A stretch of 64,000 nucleotides of DNA from Heteronotia binoei (taxonomy: Eukaryota). The notes below the pieces were generated by a model. That model was not told the origin of the DNA and did not search any database. It was given only the letters and a program-made list of their open reading frames with translations. Location of the stretch: assembly GCF_032191835.1 (NCBI RefSeq), contig NC_083235.1:47616001-47680000 (forward strand). Direction: 5' to 3'. Below, one piece after another: positions 1 through 9,900 of the stretch (its first letter is position 1; the number at the start of each line of letters is the position of its first letter). A program made the translations under genes and the position numbers.

Positions 1-205
1 TTAAGATCAATGAGTGCTAACGTTTTCAGCATGTTTTAAGATTTTTTTAATTAATTGTGTTTGTGTCCTTTATAAAGTTTATATCTCTGCGACATAATCT
101 TAAATAGGTACACACATGGCTTGGCCCGACATGGCCTGGCCCGACAAGGTCTAATTTATGTCAGATCTGGCCCTCATAACAAATTAGTTCGACACCCCTG
201 CCCTA
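1..205. mobile_element. Partial non-autonomous DNA transposon (hAT-like MITE) end
   Basis: Ends in a TIR-like GTTCGACACCCCTG. The block ...tttataaagtttatatctc...atttatgtcagatc...ccctcataacaaat recurs at ~4820-4910, ~36860-37020 and, inverted, at ~51540-51600. Confidence 0.6.
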
Positions 206-784
206 GTTTTATTGTTCTATTTATCACTACAAGGGCAGCTGTTTTTGTTATATTGCAATGGCTTTTGGCAGTGTACAATAAAATTTTACCTACATACTGA
301 GTATTGCTTCATCTACATGGAGGCCTTTTTCCAGTTTGGTGACTTTTTTTGTGTGTGCATCCAAATGATATTTTTCTGTAATCATCCAGCTTTCCCCATC
401 CTCAATAAGTTCTCTCTCAGACCTGCTATATTTTTTTAAAGAGTGAAGACCAAGCGCATTAGCAAGCCATCTGGATGGGAGGTTGCACATTTTAAAGGGC
501 CATCTCATATTGGTACCATGTTATTTCCATCATTTCCTAGTAGTTCCCATTTTCCCTGCCAGGTCACTGGAGGCTATAAAACTTTTCTAAAATTAGAAAT
601 CATTACAGCCAGTGCTTTTTTTGCATTTTTATTTGCATATTAAGCCACACCCCCTGACACCAAGCCAGCTGGAACTGCGTTCCTGTGGGTTCCTGCTAAA
701 AAAAAAAGCCCTGTTGACATCCCTGTGTGTACTTGATTATTCTGTTGCTAAGATGCACAAGTGAGACTGAGCGTACCTACACTG

Positions 785-900
785 CAAACGTCACACACCG
801 GAAACAGATGCAATGGTCCATTAAATATACTTCCTCAATTTCTTGCCACCTCTTTCTTCAAGACAACTTCTTTGGCATGACTGCAGTTTCGCAAATCTAA
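785..900 (+). promoter_or_regulatory. Candidate myeloid-type proximal promoter of MILR1
   Basis: Immediately 5' of the ATG at 904: ETS core CCGGAA(A) 798-804 abutting E-box CAGATG 805-810, PU.1-type ACTTCCTC 829-836, C/EBP-type TTTCGCAA 887-894. Motif matches only. Confidence 0.45.
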
Positions 901-903
901 GCA

Positions 904-3900
904 ATGGCTCCAGTCTTATTTAAAATGCTGACATTTACAGTCATCGGGTGCCTCCTGACAGCACACAGTAAGACCTTTCTCTCATGTATAGTGTTTATTT
1001 TCTAAAATGCTCTATTTTACTACCTAATTCAAGATACATTGCCCTCCTTCTTTCAGTTCAGCCATCTCTATCAGATGAAAATGAGCATGACCCTGATGAA
1101 GATGGTAAGTTTCCTTTGGCAGCTGGCTGCATGCTCAGTGCAACCAAGTTTCTTTTTGTTGTGGTGGTTTCTTTAGGGTGGGTCTGGCCCCATCCTGGAT
1201 TAATTAAAGCCCATTTTGATTAAATTATAAACCAGCACTATCTCTGCACAAAATCTATAGTGCCTGTCTCCAAGCTGTATTTTTCCTTATTCTTTCAGTT
1301 CAATCATTTCTTCTAGACAGGGAATGATCACGAACAACAGAATAATGTCCCCCCCCGCCCCATTATAATAGTGAATGTAATAGAAAAAGAACAATAGTGG
1401 ATATTAGGTGCAGGGGTATCTGCTCCCACCTCAGATGAAGATATTATTAAAATATTGCTTGAGGCTTTAAAATGGGAACTGGGAAGCTGAAATGTTTGTT
1501 TGTATATTTCTCACTTTTGCCTGTGTTTCGGTGATTGGCATCAAGTTGAAAGATAACTAAATATTATACTGAAAAGATCAACACAGAGTTCCATTATCTT
1601 ATTTTTTTAAAACAGTTTTGGGGTGAGGGTGGGGTGTTAACCAAAACACTCTCACTCCGTAGCCATACCTCACTCACAGTTTCTCCATTCTAAAATCATC
1701 ACTAAGCTCAGCTGCTTTTCCTATTGCGAGGCTAAAATTAAATATATATGCACCTACCTTTTTGAATCCTACAGAGGGTAGGGAGGAGGGCAAAAAGAGT
1801 TGAACCTAGAATGTGCTTTAAAGCAGACAAAGGGTTAAGGTTTGTTTAGGATTGCTCATTGTACCTTTTCCATTTCACTGGCTTTTGACCACATTATTTA
1901 CAGTTCCCCCCCCCCCCCCCATGCCAGTTGTGTTAATGTGTCTACCACCTTAGGACATTTCATGCATCTGCTGAAGTAGTCACTAGCTCATAATAAATCA
2001 TTTTGGTTTTTAACACTTGGCATATTACAGTGTGATGTTTGAAAGTTAATGGTAGGCTCTTCCTGATCTGCTTTTCCACCCCCCTCAGAGCCTATGTCTT
2101 GTCCTACAATCAACAGTCCCTCAACAGAAGTTGCCATAGGCGAGAGTGTAACACTGAAGTGCTCCTCGAAAACATGTTCTCTGCCAGTTAACTACACCTT
2201 ATATAAAGGAAATGTCAGAGTGCTATCTCCTGCAAGCAATAAAGGAGAAGAGGCTGAATTTAACTTCACCATCAAATTAATCAGTGAACTGGGTGAATAT
2301 AAATGCAAAGCTGCAAATTTTAATGAAAGCAAATATAGTCTTGGTTTCAACTTCACACTGGGAGGTACGTGTGGTTTTTCCAGACACAAATTTCCAACTT
2401 CAAGCTCTGATCTTGAGACATGCCTTTTTACAGGGACAGTTCAGCTGTTATAGGCACTGGAGAAAGACCTACAGGGGCAATGGCCTGGGGCAATGGTCAC
2501 ACAAGGTGAGGAGTCTCTCATCTTACACTCAGGGGCTTTGACGCAACTGCCATCACTAGCCAGCCTTTATGGGGAGATCATGCCAGGGAGGAGGGTGACC
2601 CTTTTCCTTGGTAATTTTTTATCCTGGTAGGGTTGTATATTTGGATACTGCCTACCTGATAACATGCTTGATATTTGTGGTATCAGGTCAGGGTCAGCAA
2701 TATCCAGCCATTGCTCTCTTCCCAAATCAGGCATTGTCACCCCTGATAACACTGGATTCAAGAATCCTGTTGAGAGTGCAGGTGCTAAGAGATCTCTCAG
2801 CTCCATACATGAAAGCCCTATCAGTCCTGATAGATGAATGGAACCTTCCTGTTAATTAAATACCTAGCAAACAAGACAGGACATATTTTGTAAACTTTAA
2901 AATACTGTGTGCTTTCATTGTGCAGAAAGTGACACACATATAACATTCCTTCTGTAGACATACAAATGCGGAAGGCTGGCAACATTTGGAGTACCATTTT
3001 TCTGTCAGCATATTGCAACATGATGTTTAAAGATTAATGGCAGACTCCTATTTATGTGGCTTTTTGTTCAGAGCCTGTGTCTCAACCTGTGGTCTGCAGT
3101 TCCTCAACAGAAATTAGTAGAGGTGAGAATGTGACACTGTCTTGCTTCTCAAGGACTGGTTCTCTGCCCATTAAATACACACTATATAAAGGAAAAAACA
3201 GAGTGCGACGTCCTGCAAGCAAGAACAAGACAGGAGAAGCTGCTGAGTTTCACTTCCCTATCAATTTAATCAATGATCTCGGTGAATATAAATGCAAAGC
3301 TGAAAACAAATTTTCTACAGGAAAATATAGCCTTGGTTTCAACTTTACAATGAGAGGTATGTGTGCATTTTCATCAGCGAGAGATTCAGATCTTGAGAAA
3401 CACCAACTATGCGTTTTCACTGTTGGACACAAGAGACCCTGACAAGCTGAGTATTAACAGCTTGTAATAATCCCGCAAGGGAGATCCATATGAGTGTGTA
3501 GCATTTTGAACATATAAAGCTGCCTTATGCCAAGGCAGATCATAGATCCATCTAGCCCAGGGGTACCAAACATACAGCCTGGGGGATGAAACTAGGGCTC
3601 TTCTCCAACCCCTGAGCAACTGATGTGAGGAAGAGAAGGCAGGAGGCTGCTCAGGGCGAGCCAGGACAGGGCGTATGCGGTAAAGTGTGTGTGGTTAAAG
3701 CTGTCAAGAAATAGGAAGGAAATTGCTAGGGGTCAGGACTATGATGAGATAAAATATTGTGGTAGGAATGGCAGCAAAGATGGAGAAAGAGGAAGCATGG
3801 TGTTTTCCCCTTTTCTACCTCCTCTGACCGCAGCTGCATGAGGATTGGTGAAGCCATGGGGCATAGCCAGTGCTGCCACCACCACATTAAACAGGAACTG

Positions 3901-6900
3901 TGAGTGGGGGGGGGGGTTGGTGAGAGTGGGTATGTGGGGTGGTAGTCTGCCAATTAAGGGACAGGGCTGGCAGGGGAGAGAGAAGCAGGGCCAGCGCATG
4001 GATTGGGAAGAAATTGGGCTGTCTTGTGCATATCACTGAGACGAAAGATATCTCATTCTTGGAAATGAGTGGAAAGCCAAAGGAAAAAAAGGGATGCTGC
4101 TATCGCTGCTGCACACTGGACAGCTGCAGAACTGAGAGGCAGAGTGAGTGTTAGGGGGTGGGGAATGGCAACCACCCTTCTCTTCTACACCTGATCTCAG
4201 CCCATGAAAGAGAAAAGGTAGTTGGAGGACAAAAAGCTCCCCTTGGAGTTTTAAATAACAATCTCTCCTTTAGGACTTCCTGCTTCAACAGAAAAAGCAG
4301 AATAGATGAGAACTGGTGGTGGGTGGCTCTGGGAGAGCCAGGTTCAGACACCCCTCCTCCTGAGTCAGGAACCTATTGTCTGGATCACCCAGGGTGGTTG
4401 TTCAACCTGGCCCACCTCACAATGTTGTTGTTGGGGATGGGGCTATGGAAGGAGGAGTCCAGTGTGCCTTCTTGAGATCCTCAGAGGTAGGAAGGGGGGA
4501 AGAGAGGAAACAAATAGTGAGAGATAGATTGTAGCCATGCTAGGCTGCTGGGGCTAAGCATATGGGGGGGGGGGGGATTTGCTGAAAAACTGCCTTATTT
4601 ATGTGGTGAGGAAGATGACTCATTTCCTAAAAGTGCTATATATACAAAAAGGAATTAATTTATTTGGAAATATTCCATCCCCTTTATGGTACCCATTGGA
4701 AAAAAATACATTTATTGGGTTTTTTTGTGTGGATTCCTCAGTAAATCAATTGCTTTCACTCCTAGGAAACTTGTTTGTATTTTGAGTAAAAATTCATATT
4801 GTTAACTGGGCTTGCCTATGTCCTTTATAAAGTTTATTTCTCCTGTACTTGGCATTACATTTTACAGCACACATGGCCTGGCCTGACAAAGTAAAATTTA
4901 TGTCAGATCCATAGGGCTGCCAAGCGCTTGCCGGGGGTGGGGGATGGCACTACTGAAATGGGGATCTTCTGCATTCATAGCATGTACTCTGCCATTAAAC
5001 TTTACTATCCTGCCACCATTCTATGTGGGTTGAGTAGGTACACACCTTCCTATCTGTGTCATGATACCTATCTGCACCCTGTTGAGCTGCTTGGCTATAT
5101 TTTTTGGTATAAATGGGGTCATGGGCATCTGAGGTTTCTAGTTATTACATGGGAATATGTGTTTACAACTAACTACAACTGGGTTGGCGTCAGAACCTAT
5201 GTTTGCTATATACTTTTCTTAAATGAGGCCCAGAAATGTACCAAAAGAAGGAACCTAAAACTCTGAAGCAAAAAACAGACTCAGAAACATCAATTTAGGA
5301 GCACATCCTGTAATTTGTGATTACATCTGATTAAAAGACACTGGTTTTTTTAAGTAAAATGGAAAAAAAATGTATTGAAAAAGAATCATTACCATACCTA
5401 ATCATTACACCTTTTTATTAGCAGGAGAGGACAATAATACAATTTTGTTCATCGTGCCACCTCTGCTATTGCTGCTTTTGGCATTATTTTTAGCAATTCT
5501 GTTGCTTATCCTTCCCCGGCGTAAAGCAAGTAAGTTTACTTTTGCCTGCCTGTGCTTCCACCAATACTTTTCCCCCAAACCATGTGCACCCTAGAAATTG
5601 AAAACAGAATATAGTTTTACTTTCAGCTTGTCAACTGAACATGAGCCCTATCCTTCCATATGTGCCAATATGCTGGCTGGGGGAAAATGAGTAACTATGA
5701 TTTATTCCCTGTGTTGTGTGAAAACCATTTACTACCATATAGGGTTGCCAAGTCCAATTTAAGAAATATCTGGGGACTTTGGGGGTGGAGCCAGGAGACA
5801 TTGGGGTGGAGCCAAGATCAAGGCTGTGACAAGCACAATTGAACTCCAAAGGAAGTTCTGGCCATCACATTTAAAAGGACAGCACACCTTTCCAATGCCT
5901 TCCTTCCATAGGAAGTAATGAAGGATAGGGGCACCTTCTTTTGGGGCACATAGAATTGGACCCCCTTGTCCAATCGTTTTGAAACTTGAGGAGTATTTTG
6001 GGGAGAGACACTAGATGCTGTACTGAAAATTTGGTGCCTCTACCTCAAAAAACAGCCCCCCCAGAGCCCCAGATACCCGCGGATCAATTCTCCATGATTT
6101 TCTATGGGAATAAATTTCCATAGGGAATAACAGAGTTCCCAGCAGACATTTCCCGGCCTCCCCTCCCCCTGCTTTCTGACGACCCTGAAGCGGGGGGAGG
6201 GCCTCCAAACCAGGGGATCCCCTGCTCCCACCTGGGGATTGGCAACCCTACTACCATACGGGAAGTGTTTAAAGGAGGGGGTGGTGTTCCCAAATGGGAT
6301 CATGGAGGAGCAAGGAATAACAGGAAAATTTCCCCCAGTCCAGTTTTTCCTCTCCTGAAGAGTATTCAACTATGAAATTCAGTGTTGGGAGGAACAAACT
6401 GGAGGCCTGCAAATAAACGGGGAGGAAAGGAAATAATATGGAGAACTTCAGCTGGCCAATTTCCCATATGATTCTCCATCTGCCTTTATTTCCACCTATT
6501 CTCTTTATCCAGTTCTTTCTAGAACTTACTCATTCCTCAGCAAGTTGCTTTAGGAGGCTTTGGGGGGGGGCTAATTTATACTATTTTCTGCATGACTCCA
6601 AAGACGCACAAATATGTGGAACCATACCTTGTCTGTAGGGTGCAGTGAGCTATAATGATATGGATATAATGATGCTATTGATTGAATGTTAGATACAGTT
6701 AAGAATATTTGCATTGATATTGTGTTAGGTCCAGTGAGGAAAGTGACTCAGCCATACGATTCACTATTATCACATGGGCAAACCATTACCAGACTACATT
6801 ATTTTCCCAATGATGTAGAGAGTATTAAAATGGAGACCAAAAACTCTAGGAACATGTTGAATTAATTGCCAGCCAGAGCTCATGTAAAGTCCCTACAATG

Positions 6901-9900
6901 AGATCACCAAAAAAATTACATATTTTTGACAATTCACCACACAGGTCGTAAACTACTTCATAAAGATTCTAGGGATATGCAACAAACAAGTACATGTTGG
7001 CAACATGATAGTAGAAAATAGATTTATGTTACAGGTAAAACTACAAGCAGTGGTTGCTTCTTAAAGGACATGTCAGGAAATCGTCATGGATTTAAATTCC
7101 AGTAACAATCTTAATATTTTTAATTTATGTGGGTAGCCACCACAAGCCAGAATAATGGCAGGCTTTTCTGTGTGGCGCTCTGTTCTTTCGTTCTGGCCTC
7201 ATACTTCTTTCTGCATTTTTTTTTTTAGCTGTAGCTTTTGTTTTTTTCCTATTTTTCTTCCTCCTGGTATTTTTGAGACCACTTTTACCTGTCTTTTTCT
7301 GGAAGCTGATTTTGAGTCACCTTTTTTATGTATGTTTCTTTGTTTTCTTTGTCCCACCTACACCTAATTGAAAACCTTCCAAGGGTATAATGCCATAGAG
7401 TCCACCTTCCAAGGCACCTTCCAAGGATATAATGCCATAGAGTCCACCTTCCAAGGCAGCCATTTTCTCCAGGGAAACTGATTTCTGTAGCCTGAAGATA
7501 AACAGGTTACTCACCTGTAATTGATGATCTTCGAGTGGTCATCTGTGCAGTCACACACATGGGTTTTCCTATCAGGACGAACCCTACCTCGGAGATTTTA
7601 AAAAGCTAGCCTAGGCGTTATTTTTGGCGCGCACTCCCTCTCGCTCTGGGGAGCAGGCATCCACTGCGCATGCCTGTAGCGCGAGGGAGGCGCCCAACCC
7701 ACTCAGTTTCTTTCCCCGCCGCTGACATAATAGGAGCGCGGATATATAAGACAAGTAGCCAGCAGCGGGGACGGCTGGGCGGGCGTGTGTGACTGCACAG
7801 ATGACCACTCGAAGATCATCAATTACAGGTGAGTAACCTGTTTATCTTCTTCGTGGTCTCTGTGCAGTCCCACACATGGGTGACTGATAAGCTGACCTGC
7901 AAGGCGGTGGGTGCTGGCACTAGAGTTGGAGGAAGAAATAGTGCAAAGGTTAGTGCAACATAGTCAGCACATTATAGGCTATAAGGTAAGTAACTACTCA
8001 CCAAGCCCGGACCAGCTTCTTAGTCAAAGATGGAGCGAAGAACTGCCTGTCCGAAGGATGCATCCCGCCTAGCACGAACGTCCAAAGCGTAGTGCATGGC
8101 GAAGGTCGAGGAGGAAGACCAAGCGGCAGCAGCGCAAATGTCCTCCATGGATACACCCCTGGCAAGGGCAGATGACGTTGACAGAGCTCTTGTAGAATGA
8201 GCTCTTATGGCAGATGGGACTGGTTGCTTCGCGAGTTTGTAGCACAGCTCTATAGCAGCAACCAACCATTTTGATAGTCTCTGTGTAGATATCTTTTTTC
8301 CCTTATGACGGCGGCCGTAGGCCACAAAAAGTCTGGAGTCTGTGCGGAACGATGCAGTTCTATCTATATAAAAGGCGAGTGCTCTTCTCACGTCTAGACA
8401 GTGTAGAGCTTCTTGGCCCTTATCCGTAGGCCGTTGGAAAAAAGCAGGTAAGGTAGTGGTTCTATGCAGATGGAATGCGGAGACCACCTTCGGTAAGAAA
8501 GCGGGATCTGGCCGTAACACCACCTTATCATGGTGAAACATGGTGTAAGGCGAGTCCGCTCTGAACGCGCAGAGATCACTTGCTCTTTTAGCAGAGGTGA
8601 GTGCAACTAAAAGTGCCGTTTTCCATGAGAGGAGGTGAAGTGGTATCGTAGCCATAGGTTCGAAAGGCGGTTTTACTAGTTGGCTAAGCACTAGTGACAA
8701 ACTCCAGCTAGGATACATTTGCCGCAGTGGTGGGTGCAAATGTAAGATTCCCCTTAAGAAGGATTTCGCAGCAGGGTGTGAGAAAACAGTTCGACCCTGT
8801 ACATGCGGGTGAAAAGCTGAGATTGCTGCCAGGTGCACCTTCAGAGAGGAGTACGTAAGGCCCTTTTCTGACAAATGCAGTGTATACGCTAAGATTTGAG
8901 GCATGGAAGCCGAGGAGGGGCTGAAATTATGCTTGGTAGCGTAGATGGAAAACCTTTTCCATTTCATGGAATATGACTTCCTTGTTGACGGTTTCCTTGC
9001 ATTAAGGAGAACGTGTCTTACTCCTTCAGGAAAGTCTGAGAGCATATCCTCCAGGCCGTTAGGCGAAGCCTGTTCGGGTCGTGGTGCAGAACCCTGCCGT
9101 TCTGCTGGGACAGGAGGTTGTGTGCCAGAGGGAAGTGATGGTAAGTGTTTTCTGACAGGAGGAGAAGGGTTGTGAACCATGGCTGGCGTGGCCACCATGG
9201 CGTCACTAGAATGCAATCTGTGTTGTCCAGTTGAATTTTCTGTATGCACCGTGTTATTAGCGGAAAGGGAGGGAAGAGGAAGTGTAGTGGACCGGTCCAC
9301 GTTTGTATGAAGGCATCCCCTGCAGACTGTTGTGAGGGCGGACCTCTCATAAAAAAGATCGCACACTGTGCATTGTCTGGTGCAGCAAACGCATCTATTG
9401 ACGGAGTTCCGAATTTCCGGAATACTGGCAGAAGGTATGACCGGTGGAGTGACCACTCGTGGTCGTTGATGGAATATCTGCTCAGTCTGTCCGCTTGAAT
9501 ATTCTGTACGCCAGGAAGATGTACCGCAGTGAGGTGGATCTGATGGGCAATACTCCAATGCCACAGGTGCATTGCTCTTTTGCAAAGGCGGGTGGATGCT
9601 GTCCCTCCTTGCCTGTTTATATAAAAAACCGTCGCCACATTGTCTGAGGCGATTTGTACGTGTAGGCCTTGAAGAGATGGAAGAAACGATTTTAACGCTC
9701 TGTGAACAGCTAGAAGCTCTAAGCAATTGATGTGGAGCGACTGTTCGTACGGTGTCCATTGCCCCTGGACCGTGAGTACGTCGAGATGAGCTCCCCAGCC
9801 CCATCTCGAGGCGTCTGTTGTAACCACTGCTGAGGGGCTTGGCCGTAAAAAGGGCATTCCCGCAAGCAGGTGAGCTCGAACTGTCCACCATTCGAGCGAA

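Noticed and set aside
2450-2860. GC-richer patch between the Ig exons with short ORFs (2567-2806)
   Set aside because: No Ig cysteines, splice signals or recognisable TE motifs; cannot support a call.
7374-7457. Short direct repeats as a possible CRISPR-like array
   Set aside because: Two-copy local duplication without spacers, in a eukaryotic context; no CRISPR in this window.
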